The notes beneath the pieces were generated by a model, which worked only from the letters and a program-made list of their open reading frames with translations, did not search any database and was not told where the DNA came from. The translations under genes were made by a program, and so were the position numbers. Shown piece by piece: positions 8,526-18,586 of a DNA stretch of 64,000 nucleotides (positions are counted from its first letter, which is position 1; every line of letters begins with the position of its first letter). Source of the stretch: Bdellovibrionota bacterium FG-1 (GTDB taxonomy: Bacteria > Bdellovibrionota > UBA1018); contig JBBCAW010000053.1 of NCBI GenBank assembly GCA_051382295.1, positions 16,593 through 80,592 of the forward strand. Direction: 5' to 3'.

Positions 8526-10985
8526 ATGGTTACCAACTACGACGGCGAACAAGTTGAAATCCCACAAAATCTTCCAATGTTACCGGTGAGAGACATCGTT
8601 GTTTTCCCCTATATGATTATCCCGCTTTTTGTCGGGCGCGATTCATCCATCAAGAGCGTCGAGGAAGCCCTTTCTCGCTCTGACCGGTTGATTTTGCTCG
8701 CCTCACAAAAAGAGATTAGTGATGAGCATCCTGCTCCCGAGGGAATTTATAAAACGGGCACTGTTGCCATGATCATGCGGATGCGCAAGCTCCCCGATGG
8801 TCGCATCAAGATCCTCACTCAGGGACTATGCAAGGCGAACATCGAAAAATTCACCCAAACAGAACCCTTCTACGAATGTAAAATTGATCGCATTCCCGAG
8901 CCAACAGCACCGAGCCGCACCGAGGCCGAAGCCCTCATGCGCACAGTGCGTGAACAACTGGAACGCGTCATTGGATTAGGCAAAGTCCTCACCCCAGACA
9001 TTCTCATGGTTTTAGATGATATCCATGACCCAGGCCGCTTGGCTGATCTCGTCGCTTCCAACTTAGGTCTAAAAGTCGCTGACGCCCAAGCCATCCTTGA
9101 AACACATGACTCTGTTTTGAGATTGCAGAAAATTAACGACATTTTGACCAAAGAAGTCGAAGTTCTTTCGATTCAGGCCAAAATCAGGTCTCAGGCAAAA
9201 GACGAGATGACCAAATCGCAAAAGGAGTATTTCCTTCGCGAACAAATTCGAGCCATCAAAAACGAGCTAGGGGATAACGACCAAAAAGGCGAAGAACTCG
9301 GTGAACTCAAGGAAAAAATCGTCAATTGCAAAATGCCTCCCGAAGTTGAAACCGAGGCCTTTAAGCAACTGGGACGCCTTGAACGCATGCATCCCGATGC
9401 CTCCGAGGCCTCCATGCTGCGCACTTACATTGATTGGTTGATCGAAACTCCGTGGAGCAAGCAAACCGCGGACAACCTGGACCTGACTCGCGCAAAACAA
9501 ATATTGGACGAGGACCATTACAACCTCGACAAGATCAAAGAACGCGTTTTAGAATATTTGGCCGTGCGCAAGCTGAAGGACAAAATGAAAGGTCCGATCA
9601 TTTGCTTTGCGGGCCCGCCGGGGGTCGGCAAGACCTCCTTGGGTAAATCCATCGCACGGGCACTCGGACGCGAATTCGTCCGCATCTCGCTCGGAGGAGT
9701 CAAAGACGAAGCCGAAATCCGCGGGCATCGCCGCACCTATGTGGGTGCACTTCCCGGCCGAATCATTCAGGGAATCAAGCAAGCCGGTACCAATAATCCG
9801 GTCTTTGTTCTAGACGAAATTGACAAGCTCGGCAGCGATTTCAGAGGCGACCCCTCGGCCGCTTTGCTCGAAGTTCTCGACCCCGAGCAAAACTACTCTT
9901 TCCGTGATCACTACTTAAACGTACCGTTTGACCTGACTAACGTCATGTTTATTGCGACTTGTAATGATCTATCGACGATTCCGTCGGCCCTTCGCGACCG
10001 CATGGAAATCATCCATCTGTCTGGTTACACGCAGGAAGAAAAGCAGTTTATCGCGAATAGATATTTGATACCCAAACAAATCGTTGAAAATGGGATTACG
10101 CCAAACCAGATCGAGTTTTTACCCGACGCAATCAAATCGATGGTTGATGGATACACCCGAGAAGCTGGCCTGCGTAGTCTTGAACGCCTTGTCGCAACGG
10201 CCTGCCGAAAAACGGCACGACTGGTTGCGGAAGGAAAAACAGAGAAAACGACCATTAACCTTGAGCAAGTCTACAAATTTCTGGGACCAGCTCCCTTCTC
10301 CCGCGAAGAGGAGCAAGAGCGGGATGAAGTAGGCATTGCCACCGGACTGGCCTGGACTGCCGTAGGAGGAGAAATCCTCTACGTCGAAACCACGACTATG
10401 AAGGGAAAAGGCAGCATCATTCTCACCGGACAGCTTGGCGACGTCATGAAGGAATCCGCCCATGCGGCCATGGGTCTGATTCGATCGCGCGCGCAGGACT
10501 TTGGAATCGACGATGAACTGTTCTCCACACGGGACATTCATATTCACTTTCCTCAAGGGGCCATCCCAAAAGACGGGCCTTCTGCCGGAATCACCATGGC
10601 TTCGGCCATCATTTCGAGTCTGACGGGCATTCCGATCCGCAAGGATGTTGCCATGACCGGCGAAATTACCCTGACGGGTAAGGTTCTCCCGATTGGTGGC
10701 CTCAAAGAAAAAGCGCTCGCCGCGATGAGACATGGGATCAAAACCGTGGTCATTCCGGACCGGAACAAAAAAGACCTCGAGGACATCCCCCAGGAGTTCA
10801 GGGACAAGCTTACCTTTATCCCTGTCAAGACGATTGACGATGTTCTTAATGTGGTACTCACGGATAAGTTGGTCACCAACAAGCCGCGACACCCCGCTGG
10901 CGCCACCAGCGGACGTGACCAGCGGGAAGGAACAGTGCCCAACACGAAAAATCGCAAAAAGGTTGCCGCCGCGGCAGCGGCCTGA
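8526..10985 (+). CDS. lon: ATP-dependent Lon protease
   Basis: LON N-domain, GPPGVGKTS, DEIDK, catalytic PKDGPSAG and GGLKEK. Confidence 0.98.
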   Translation: MVTNYDGEQVEIPQNLPMLPVRDIVVFPYMIIPLFVGRDSSIKSVEEALSRSDRLILLASQKEISDEHPAPEGIYKTGTVAMIMRMRKLPDGRIKILTQGLCKANIEKFTQTEPFYECKIDRIPEPTAPSRTEAEALMRTVREQLERVIGLGKVLTPDILMVLDDIHDPGRLADLVASNLGLKVADAQAILETHDSVLRLQKINDILTKEVEVLSIQAKIRSQAKDEMTKSQKEYFLREQIRAIKNELGDNDQKGEELGELKEKIVNCKMPPEVETEAFKQLGRLERMHPDASEASMLRTYIDWLIETPWSKQTADNLDLTRAKQILDEDHYNLDKIKERVLEYLAVRKLKDKMKGPIICFAGPPGVGKTSLGKSIARALGREFVRISLGGVKDEAEIRGHRRTYVGALPGRIIQGIKQAGTNNPVFVLDEIDKLGSDFRGDPSAALLEVLDPEQNYSFRDHYLNVPFDLTNVMFIATCNDLSTIPSALRDRMEIIHLSGYTQEEKQFIANRYLIPKQIVENGITPNQIEFLPDAIKSMVDGYTREAGLRSLERLVATACRKTARLVAEGKTEKTTINLEQVYKFLGPAPFSREEEQERDEVGIATGLAWTAVGGEILYVETTTMKGKGSIILTGQLGDVMKESAHAAMGLIRSRAQDFGIDDELFSTRDIHIHFPQGAIPKDGPSAGITMASAIISSLTGIPIRKDVAMTGEITLTGKVLPIGGLKEKALAAMRHGIKTVVIPDRNKKDLEDIPQEFRDKLTFIPVKTIDDVLNVVLTDKLVTNKPRHPAGATSGRDQREGTVPNTKNRKKVAAAAAA

Positions 10986-10991
10986 CCCCCC

Positions 10992-12074
10992 GTGAGCGCA
11001 GTGGAGTTCGTAATTTGCGCAGTGCTGGTGTTTACGGCCAGCTATCTTTCTTCTGCGGAGATTGCGCTCTTTAGTTTGTCGCGGTTTCAACTTCGTTCAC
11101 TCAAGGAGCGATTTCGACCCGCACATCGAAAAATCAAACGACTGCTGGCCGACCCCGGCGGGCTATTAGTGACGATTTTGGTCGTTAATGAAATCGTGAA
11201 TATCGCGCTTTCATCGATTATTACAAAAACGGTTTCGGCAATGCCACTGCCGGCGTTTTTGCTCTCACTGCATATTCGCCCATGGGTCCTGACCACGGTA
11301 CTCGGGATGCTCCTCACGGCGCCGATTATTCTTTTTCTCTGTGAAATCACGCCAAAAATAATTGCCGCTAGCGCCAATCGCCTCATTGCGCCCCTCACCG
11401 TGGGTCCCCTTTCGTTAGTCTACGACGCCCTGAAGCCCATTCGATGGCTTCTCAAATGGATCATCGCTGCGGTGGGCCGTTGGAATAACCAGCCTTCCCT
11501 GATCTTGCCAACACAAAATGGGGCACACCCAGAAGAAGAAACGCTTTTGCGTGAATCGGACTTTTTATTGATGTTAGAAGAAGGACTTAAAGAAGGGGCA
11601 ATCCAACAAGGTGAATTGGATTTGATCAAAAACGTTTTTGAGCTCGATGACCTCTCCGTTCAGGATATCTTTACGCCCCTCTCCCAAACCCTATCGCTGC
11701 CAGAAAAAACCACACTGAAGGTTGCGCTTGCAACTATGCGCAGCCAGAAATTTTCAAGAATTCCTATCACTGGAACCCACCGAAAAAACGTAGTTGGCAT
11801 TCTTTACTCCAAGGATCTCCTACGGGCCAAGCTTGAAACGGATTTAATGACCCACACCATTGACACCCTCATGCGCAAGCCCATGTTCGTCCCCCCAACC
11901 CTGCGGCTCAACGCGCTTTTCAGAAGGTTCAAGCAACACAAGACCCATATGGGGGTGGTGCACGGAGATACGGGCGAAGCCATAGGCATTGTTACCATGA
12001 GTGACGTACTTGAGGCCCTTTTTGAAGATTTCCTTCCAGATGAGGATGAAGAGCTGGGCGAGGAGGAACTCTAA
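10992..12074 (+). CDS. CNNM/DUF21-CBS (hemolysin-family) membrane protein
   Basis: SSAEIALFSL, CEITPK, tandem CBS domains. Confidence 0.88.
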   Translation: MSAVEFVICAVLVFTASYLSSAEIALFSLSRFQLRSLKERFRPAHRKIKRLLADPGGLLVTILVVNEIVNIALSSIITKTVSAMPLPAFLLSLHIRPWVLTTVLGMLLTAPIILFLCEITPKIIAASANRLIAPLTVGPLSLVYDALKPIRWLLKWIIAAVGRWNNQPSLILPTQNGAHPEEETLLRESDFLLMLEEGLKEGAIQQGELDLIKNVFELDDLSVQDIFTPLSQTLSLPEKTTLKVALATMRSQKFSRIPITGTHRKNVVGILYSKDLLRAKLETDLMTHTIDTLMRKPMFVPPTLRLNALFRRFKQHKTHMGVVHGDTGEAIGIVTMSDVLEALFEDFLPDEDEELGEEEL

Positions 12075-13363
12075 TGCCGGAAAGTAGCCTCACACTCACC
12101 CATCTCTTAACTCTCGTTCCGCCCTTGCTTCTCATCGAGGGATTTTACTCTGGCTCTGAAATTGCTCTCCTATCAGCGGACAAACTCGCCCTCAAGAGAC
12201 AAGCACGGCAAGGGTCGCATCGAGCAGGGCTAGCCATCGAACTAGCCGCCCATCCTGAACGCATTTTCTCTGCCACACTCCTTCTCACCAGTCTTTGCGT
12301 CATCGTAATTTCAGCTCTTACAGCGTTGTTTTTTTTGGAACGCCATCAGGAACATTCAGATCTTTTGGCAATATTAGTCACTTCACCCCTCGTGGTGATT
12401 TTGGGTGAACTCATTCCAAAAACCCTTTACCAACGCAACGCCACACTCCTCGCCCCGTGGGTCGCCCTACCCATCCATTGGACTTATTGGATTTTCTATC
12501 CCCTCACTCGCATTCTTTCACTTTACACTTCTAAACTTTCTCGAATGATCGGCCCCATCGAAGAGCTTTTAACCGGAAAACATCACACTACCCGCGAGGA
12601 TCTTGAATCGCTTCTTTCGTACAATCGCCGTGAATCCGATTTGAAGCTGAGCGAAAAGCAAATGATTCGCCGGATTCTAGATTTTCGCGAATCGATGGCC
12701 CGAAATGCGCTCATTCCGCTGGTGCAAGTCGATGCGATCGAGGACACCGCTACCGTGCGTGAAGCCCTCGAACAGTTTGAACGCCACCGTCATTCGCGCA
12801 TGCCCGTGTACCATGAGCGAATCGATAATATCGTGGGGGTGCTTGAAACCGCTGATCTTTTTGTAGCCACCGACCTAGACCAGCCTGTGCGTCACTACGT
12901 CACCAGCGCTCATTATGTCGCGGAAACCCAAGCGCTCCCTGACCTCTTACTCGAGATGCACCGCGAAGATGATGAAATGGTCGTGGTCGTTGATGAGCAT
13001 GGAGGCGCCGTCGGCGTCATTACTTTTGAAGATATTGCGGAAGAAATCGTGGGCGAAATCAACGACGAGTACGACACCGAATCGCTCCCCTACAAAGAGC
13101 TTTCCGCGCAAAGCTGGTTGGTTCAGGCTCGAATGGAAATTCCGCTCATCAACGAACAGCTCAACTTCGAGCTTCCTCAGGGGGAGTATGAAACTTTGAG
13201 TGGATTTTTGCTGCAACAGTTTGGCAGAATCCCAGAACATCGGGACGAACTCTTCTTCAACACCCCTCGGGGGCAATTTAAATTTACGATCCGCAAAGCC
13301 ACGGCGCGTCATATCGAACTGGTATTGATTGAAAAAATCGCTGAAAGTACGTCAGAAGGTTGA
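12074..13363 (+). CDS. CNNM/DUF21-CBS-CorC (hemolysin-family) membrane protein
   Basis: SGSEIALLS, GELIPK, HSRMPVY, VVDEHGG, EEIVGEINDEYD, ETLSGF. Confidence 0.92.
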   Translation: MPESSLTLTHLLTLVPPLLLIEGFYSGSEIALLSADKLALKRQARQGSHRAGLAIELAAHPERIFSATLLLTSLCVIVISALTALFFLERHQEHSDLLAILVTSPLVVILGELIPKTLYQRNATLLAPWVALPIHWTYWIFYPLTRILSLYTSKLSRMIGPIEELLTGKHHTTREDLESLLSYNRRESDLKLSEKQMIRRILDFRESMARNALIPLVQVDAIEDTATVREALEQFERHRHSRMPVYHERIDNIVGVLETADLFVATDLDQPVRHYVTSAHYVAETQALPDLLLEMHREDDEMVVVVDEHGGAVGVITFEDIAEEIVGEINDEYDTESLPYKELSAQSWLVQARMEIPLINEQLNFELPQGEYETLSGFLLQQFGRIPEHRDELFFNTPRGQFKFTIRKATARHIELVLIEKIAESTSEG

Positions 13364-13438
13364 CGTTTTTGACGGTTCTTTGATTTTTTCGCCTTTTTTT
13401 TGGGAAGTCGTTACACTCTACCCAGGGAGAATGGCTCT

Positions 13439-13849
13439 GTGGCAAAAAGTGTATTAATTGTTGATGATGTTCCCTTTGTCCGTCAGACCCTCAGGGAGAT
13501 CCTCACGGCTGCTCACTATCAAGTCGTGGGTGAGGCCGCCAATGGCCTCGAGGCCATTGAGATGTATGCAACGCTCAGACCTGATCTCGTCACCATGGAC
13601 ATCGTCATGCCCAAGATGACGGGAATGGATGCCACTCGCAGAATCTGCGCTATGGACCCCAACGCGAGGATCGTGATTATTTCGGCTATGGGGCAAGAAA
13701 ATCTCGTCATGGAAGCGATTGCCGCCGGCGCCAAGGACTATGTCCTCAAACCTTTTAGCGCCCTCGAAGTAGTCAAGACTTTGGAGCGCGCACTTCAAAC
13801 CAACGCTGACAACCCACACCTTTTCAGAGAAGGGCCTCAAACAGGTTAG
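13439..13849 (+). CDS. CheY-like single-domain response regulator
   Basis: LIVDD, MDIVMP, SAMG, YVLKPF. Confidence 0.9.
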   Translation: MAKSVLIVDDVPFVRQTLREILTAAHYQVVGEAANGLEAIEMYATLRPDLVTMDIVMPKMTGMDATRRICAMDPNARIVIISAMGQENLVMEAIAAGAKDYVLKPFSALEVVKTLERALQTNADNPHLFREGPQTG

Positions 13850-13852
13850 TGC

Positions 13853-14299
13853 ATGCCATCCAATCACCTATTCGGACACTTGATTGAGTCCCTTCCGAAG
13901 CAGTTCTCCTTCTATCATTTGGGCGAAGTCCGCCTGACACCGAGCGTGAGTGTCCCTTCGGATGAGACCACCCTTCCAAAAAATCCGGTCGCGGTGGCCT
14001 TTTCGGTCGAAGGCGATGTGCGCGGGTCGATGCTTTTATTGTTCGAGGAAGGATTGGACGTGTCTGTTTATTCTGAAATGGGCAACGTCATCGCCAGCCA
14101 AATGGTCACTTCGCTTGCCGAAAAAGAAGGAGTGGACCTGTATATTTCGCCCCCAAAAATCCTCTCTTCCGTGCAACTATCGACGATCTTAAAAAATCAG
14201 CACGGCGTTGCCCGCACATACTTACATCAACCCCCCAACGCCCCCAGCATTTTACTTCAGGCCCTCGTCATTCCAACGGAGACACATGGTTATGCTTAG
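13853..14299 (+). CDS. CheC/CheX-like phosphatase
   Basis: SEMGNVIAS (ExxN) and ISPP motifs; located next to cheY. Confidence 0.7.
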   Translation: MPSNHLFGHLIESLPKQFSFYHLGEVRLTPSVSVPSDETTLPKNPVAVAFSVEGDVRGSMLLLFEEGLDVSVYSEMGNVIASQMVTSLAEKEGVDLYISPPKILSSVQLSTILKNQHGVARTYLHQPPNAPSILLQALVIPTETHGYA

Positions 14300-14648
14300 A
14301 ACCGTAGGGTTTGTCATTAAGGCCGTTCTCTTTTCCGTCTTTGTGATTTGGATCAGCAATTGGGTCCGGTGGGACGGAAAAACCGTCTCCGAACATGTGA
14401 TGAATACGGCAAACCATATCGAAAAATCCAACATCACTCAGCAAGCACGCACCTGGGCACGCAAGATTACCGTTGACGCTCGCGAAGGCGTGGCGAAAAA
14501 ATCCCACCGCCACAATGAGGTCAATTCCGATCGCACCGAAACCGAGGCAGCGGCCCCGTCTCGATCTGAAGACCAGATCCCCTCATCTGAGCGGCAAAAA
14601 CTTCGCGAGCTGATTCGTGAACTCAATCACTCACGAACCCAGGATTAA
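14292..14648 (+). CDS. Hypothetical single-TM protein
   Basis: N-terminal hydrophobic segment, C-terminal ERQKLRELIRELN helix; coupled to the upstream gene. Confidence 0.65.
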   Translation: MLRTVGFVIKAVLFSVFVIWISNWVRWDGKTVSEHVMNTANHIEKSNITQQARTWARKITVDAREGVAKKSHRHNEVNSDRTETEAAAPSRSEDQIPSSERQKLRELIRELNHSRTQD

Positions 14649-14651
14649 GGC

Positions 14652-14915
14652 TTATTGAATCGCCGCAGAGCCCGCTGTGCCCTGAGTTGCAGCCGCGCCT
14701 TCAGCTTGGAACTCCTGTATTTGCTTTTCGACTACCGCAAATTTACATTGAATTGCCAAAGCGTTCACTTCGTCATCAGCCCCCTCACCTAAATGAGCCA
14801 TCGGCAGACGGTTTGGGCTGACGTTTTTGAATGGCCTTTCCGTAGATGCAAACACGGAAGGTACCATCAAAACGCTCACTACTAAAATGATCCACAGTCG
14901 TTTGATTTTTTTCAT
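14652..14915 (-). CDS. Small secreted hypothetical protein
   Basis: AGGAG RBS, signal peptide MKKIKRLWIILVVSVLMVPSVFA, upstream sigma54 promoter. Confidence 0.7.
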   Translation of the reverse strand: MKKIKRLWIILVVSVLMVPSVFASTERPFKNVSPNRLPMAHLGEGADDEVNALAIQCKFAVVEKQIQEFQAEGAAATQGTAGSAAIQ

Positions 14916-15019
14916 AACTACTCCTACTCAACAACAACATTCACAATTGCCACAGTAACAACAGACTGACTCCTCAGTTCCACTGATCAAATCAGTCATC
15001 TCTCACAGAAGGGAGTTAG

Positions 15020-15036
15020 TGCAACCCGGGTGCCAG
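15020..15036 (-). promoter_or_regulatory. sigma54 -24/-12 promoter
   Basis: TGGCAC-CCGGG-TTGCA on minus strand, perfect consensus. Confidence 0.75.
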
Positions 15037-15297
15037 AATGTGTCACCGCAGCACTACCCCAGTAACACTTCGTTTATATTGAAATTTCCAGTTCCACCCG
15101 CCATCCCCTTTTTCTAAGACACTGTGGCAATCCAAACACAGGGGTGACGGGTGTTTAATTCTTAGGCAGGGAAAAGGCTCTCTCGGACTGAACTCAATCT
15201 CATACACATCCATCATCTACTCTGCCACTCTGTACTCATTTTCATACAGCCCAAACTCCCCAACTAGCCCCTGATGCCCCTCCCAGGCCTTTACGCA

Positions 15298-15313
15298 TGG
15301 CATCTCAATTGCT
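15298..15313 (+). promoter_or_regulatory. sigma54 -24/-12 promoter
   Basis: TGGCAT-CTCAA-TTGCT upstream of the CAP-domain gene. Confidence 0.6.
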
Positions 15314-15327
15314 CAGCTACCTGCACA

Positions 15328-15978
15328 ATGAAAGAAAATTCACGCCAAGCTCAGGGATTGATCCTATTTCTCGCCATTGCACTCTCAGCCACTTCATGTG
15401 GAGAAGCCGTTCCAACCCCGGAGCCGATGGCAATGACTCCGACGTCAGAGGCCGCCCTGCCTGCCTCCCTACCTCAAACGCCGATCGTGTCTATCCAAAA
15501 CCCCAGTCCTCATCCAATACCTTCATCACCGCACCCGACACTGCCCCCCACCACACCCTTACTCACGGGTTCGGCTGCGCTAGATGCTGAAGAACTCGTA
15601 TTTTTCAGTTTGATCAACGATTATCGAGTTCAAAACGGCGCAGCCAAACTCTTGGTTTCGGTCACACTCACCGTATCCAGCGATTGGATGAGCCAAGATA
15701 TGGCCGTGAAGAATTACTTCAGTCACACCGACAGTCTTGGGCGCGATCCGTTCACAAGAATGGCAGATTTTGACTATGTCAACGCGAATTCGAGCGGAGA
15801 AAATATCGCGGCGGGTAACGCCACAGGACAGGCCACTTTCACACAATGGAAGAACTCTCCCGCTCACAACGCCAATATGCTGAATTCATCCTACCGCGTG
15901 ATTGGAATAGGACGAGCTTCAAACTCTGGTTCAACCTACTCATGGTATTGGACAACTGACTTTGGATCTGCGGAATAA
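15328..15978 (+). CDS. CAP/SCP-domain lipoprotein
   Basis: Lipobox ATSC, Pro-rich linker, INDYR, YFSH, ENIAAG, WKNSPAHNANML, YWTTDFG. Confidence 0.88.
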   Translation: MKENSRQAQGLILFLAIALSATSCGEAVPTPEPMAMTPTSEAALPASLPQTPIVSIQNPSPHPIPSSPHPTLPPTTPLLTGSAALDAEELVFFSLINDYRVQNGAAKLLVSVTLTVSSDWMSQDMAVKNYFSHTDSLGRDPFTRMADFDYVNANSSGENIAAGNATGQATFTQWKNSPAHNANMLNSSYRVIGIGRASNSGSTYSWYWTTDFGSAE

Positions 15979-16011
15979 AAAAACCCGCATTCCTCATGAA
16001 AGAAATGCGGG
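15977..16011 (-). terminator. Rho-independent terminator of the HU gene
   Basis: CCCGCATT...AATGCGGG stem followed by a T-run on the minus strand. Confidence 0.75.
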
Positions 16012-16046
16012 CCCTGATTACCCAATAAGATGGGAATCTTTAAACT

Positions 16047-16319
16047 TTAGCGAACAATGTCTTTAAATTCACGACCAGCGCGGAACTTGGGAACCGTCAT
16101 CGCTGGAATTTTGATTTCTTTTCCAGTCTGTGGGTTACGACCAAGACGAGCCTTACGCTTGGACTTGGTGAAAGTACCGAAACCGATCAGGGTCACATCA
16201 TCACCCTTCTTGACAGACTTCTTGATGGTATCAAGAGCAGTGTTGAGCACGTTTTCGGCATCTACCTTGGTCACTTTTGCTGCCTTCGCTACTGCTTCGA
16301 TTAACTGAGCTTTATTCAT
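16047..16319 (-). CDS. hup: HU histone-like DNA-binding protein
   Basis: MNKAQLI, LIGFGTF, GRNPQTG, PKFRAG. Confidence 0.95.
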   Translation of the reverse strand: MNKAQLIEAVAKAAKVTKVDAENVLNTALDTIKKSVKKGDDVTLIGFGTFTKSKRKARLGRNPQTGKEIKIPAMTVPKFRAGREFKDIVR

Positions 16320-16448
16320 CTTCTTCTCCTTTTAGAATTTTTTCCTATCCCTTCAGAGGCAAGGGAACCGTCTTAACTTGTTGTTTTGAAGATAAGCGCG
16401 ATGATGACGAAATCCTCTCACGCTGTCAATGCACTTCGCACATAACTT

Positions 16449-17006
16449 TTAAGATTCTCGCACAACCTTAAGCGATACGATTCCGACTTCTTGCTGCGGA
16501 CGATCTTGAGACCCAGTTGGAGTGTTGCCTAATGCGGCAAGAACATCTTCGCCTTTTACAATCCGCCCAAAAACCGAATGGTGACCATCCAGCCAAGGCG
16601 TCGCAACTAAAGTAATGAAGAACTGACTCCCATTGGTATTGGGCCCTGCATTAGCCATCGAAAGAATCCCTGGCCCCGAGTGCTTGAGTGACGCATGAAA
16701 TTCGTCTTTAAAGCGATACCCCGGCCCGCCCGTTCCAAGACCCATCCGATCACCGGCCTGAATCATAAAATTTTTGATGATTCGATGAAAAATGGTCCCA
16801 TCATAAAAGGGTTCACTCGACTTTTGACCGGTGCGTGGATCCACATATTCTTTTTCACCGGTAGCAAGACCCACAAAGTTTTTTACAGTTTCTGGAGTTT
16901 TTTCTTCCTCCAAAACGCAAATCATCTGACCTTGAGTGGTTTCAAACACTGCATAAAGGCCTTTTCCTAGTCCCAAATTTTCTTCAACAATCGGTCTGAT
17001 CGGCAT
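16449..17006 (-). CDS. Cyclophilin-type peptidyl-prolyl isomerase
   Basis: FHRIIKNFMIQAGD, LSMANAGPNTNGSQFFIT, WLDGHHSVFG. Confidence 0.95.
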   Translation of the reverse strand: MPIRPIVEENLGLGKGLYAVFETTQGQMICVLEEEKTPETVKNFVGLATGEKEYVDPRTGQKSSEPFYDGTIFHRIIKNFMIQAGDRMGLGTGGPGYRFKDEFHASLKHSGPGILSMANAGPNTNGSQFFITLVATPWLDGHHSVFGRIVKGEDVLAALGNTPTGSQDRPQQEVGIVSLKVVRES

Positions 17007-17031
17007 CTCAATGACTTCCCTATTGCATTCT

Positions 17032-17838
17032 TTAAAAGTGAAAACCCAGTCCAGCTAAAACTGAAACATGAGTGGGCGCCCCCGAGTTAATCCCAGTTAA
17101 GACCCCAGCCTCCACATATCCACTCAAGTGCGCACCAGAATCCAGAGAAAAAGGATAATCCACCCCAAAATTTCCACCCACGACCAAGGACGAAGAGTTC
17201 AGCCCCTGACCAAAACGAACCCGAACTTCCGGTTCTACCCTGCTCCCTGAGTAGATTCGATAAATAAAAGACCCCATGAGAGAGGTATCTGTCCAAAGTG
17301 ACTCCACGGCTACGCCGAGGGAAAGCATGCGATGACGGTAACCATGCGAAAAAGGAAGTAACGAGACAGAAAACTCTCCGTCAAACCCTGCCTCAAATCC
17401 GTCCGAAGTAAACTCATATCCGCCCACCCCCATGGCACGAATCAAAAAAATAGAAGGCAGACGTCCCTCATTCACTGGCTCCGACTGTTTAACGCTCAAC
17501 GGCTGGTGGCCGGTGCCTTTCAACGCTTCATCAAGCTTTTCGGGAGCCACATCCTTAGCTTGCACGTAACCCAAGACGCCGCTCTCCATACGCATTTTGT
17601 ACCAATATTCGCCGTGAGCATCCTTGAGTAATCCCGAGCTAATCTTAAGAGCTGTGTCTCGAGCCAGAACACCCAAAACGGGAGAATTTAAACCCGCCAT
17701 TTGATGGACTTCGGAGGCATCCACCATCACTTTGGCATTTTGAACCGCATAAGCCGGGGATGTGATCAGCCCCGCTCCCAGTATTGCAAATAGGATCACC
17801 GAAAATACCGCCTTCAAAAAAATGCGAAACAAAATCAT
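17032..17838 (-). CDS. Secreted protein with SH3-like domain and C-terminal outer-membrane beta-barrel
   Basis: Signal peptide, EYWYKM...GVLGYV SH3b-like segment, terminal AGLGFHF strand. Confidence 0.6.
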   Translation of the reverse strand: MILFRIFLKAVFSVILFAILGAGLITSPAYAVQNAKVMVDASEVHQMAGLNSPVLGVLARDTALKISSGLLKDAHGEYWYKMRMESGVLGYVQAKDVAPEKLDEALKGTGHQPLSVKQSEPVNEGRLPSIFLIRAMGVGGYEFTSDGFEAGFDGEFSVSLLPFSHGYRHRMLSLGVAVESLWTDTSLMGSFIYRIYSGSRVEPEVRVRFGQGLNSSSLVVGGNFGVDYPFSLDSGAHLSGYVEAGVLTGINSGAPTHVSVLAGLGFHF

Positions 17839-18302
17839 GAGTTCTCTCCCCATTTTTCAAGGCGTTTGAGCAAGCGACTCAGACCTTCCAAGTTGGATGC
17901 ATGCCGAATCAAGCGCCGACCTTCTTCGTGGGCCTGGTCAGCTCGCACCCAGCAAAAATCAGTGTGCTCATGAGAATCCAGACGAACGAGAGGACTTTGA
18001 CTTGCAGGTACAGCCTGGAAAGCAAAAACGTGCTCTTCAAAAATTTGCCCCCGCGCCTGGAATTCAAAATGATAATCTAGACTAATCGGGCTTCCAAGAA
18101 AAGGAAGACTCGTTTCTTCATTGGCCTCTCGAAGTGCGGCATCATGAACGGCTTCATTAAATTCGACGCCACCCGTCACTGGTTGCCAAAAACCGCCGCG
18201 TTCGGGGGTGAGTAAAAGAAACAAAATCTCAAACTGAGGTGGAGATGAGGGTGCGGAGGGAACAACCCGGTAAATCCACACCTGAACTTTGAGTTTTTTC
18301 AT
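17835..18302 (-). CDS. Nudix hydrolase (NudB-like)
   Basis: FWQPVTGGVEFNE..DAALREANEETS Nudix box and EH..F.W. Confidence 0.85.
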   Translation of the reverse strand: MKKLKVQVWIYRVVPSAPSSPPQFEILFLLLTPERGGFWQPVTGGVEFNEAVHDAALREANEETSLPFLGSPISLDYHFEFQARGQIFEEHVFAFQAVPASQSPLVRLDSHEHTDFCWVRADQAHEEGRRLIRHASNLEGLSRLLKRLEKWGENS

Positions 18303-18466
18303 ATAATGAGAGGTCCTTGATTTCAAAATCATACTTGGAAAGGAAATGCTTGGTAAGTCTTTGGTTTTACGATAGTAAATCTTTGACTCGTGAACGCCGT
18401 TTTCGAGTAGACTCAGATGGATTGCAATGTTACAAACTATTGAAATCCATCAGTAATTTATAGTAT

Positions 18467-18542
18467 GCCGATGTAGCTCAGTTGGTAGAGCAACGCTTTC
18501 GTAAAGCGTAGGTCAGCGGTTCGAGTCCGCTCATCGGCTCCA
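18467..18542 (+). tRNA. tRNA-Thr (anticodon CGT)
   Basis: 76 nt cloverleaf GCCGATG...CATCGGC-T-CCA; anticodon arm ACGCT-TTCGTAA-AGCGT; GGTTCGAGTCC T-arm. Confidence 0.97.
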
Positions 18543-18543
18543 T

Positions 18544-18563
18544 AAAGGTACTCCGTACCTTTT
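18544..18563 (+). terminator. Hairpin immediately after the tRNA (possible terminator)
   Basis: AAAGGTAC-TCC-GTACCTTT(T). Confidence 0.4.
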
Positions 18564-18586
18564 GGTAGAGGACTGCGTCATACGAG

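Noticed and set aside
10119..11090. 323-aa minus-strand ORF, and similar long ORFs at 27517-28212, 60561-61292 and 61237-61806
   Set aside because: Antisense shadows of well-supported genes (lon, rocF, hybrid kinase), with no motifs of their own.
14965..15020. Nested hairpin upstream of the 87-aa secreted gene (possible riboswitch)
   Set aside because: The outer arm abuts the sigma54 -12 box and would lie upstream of the predicted TSS; no known aptamer motif.
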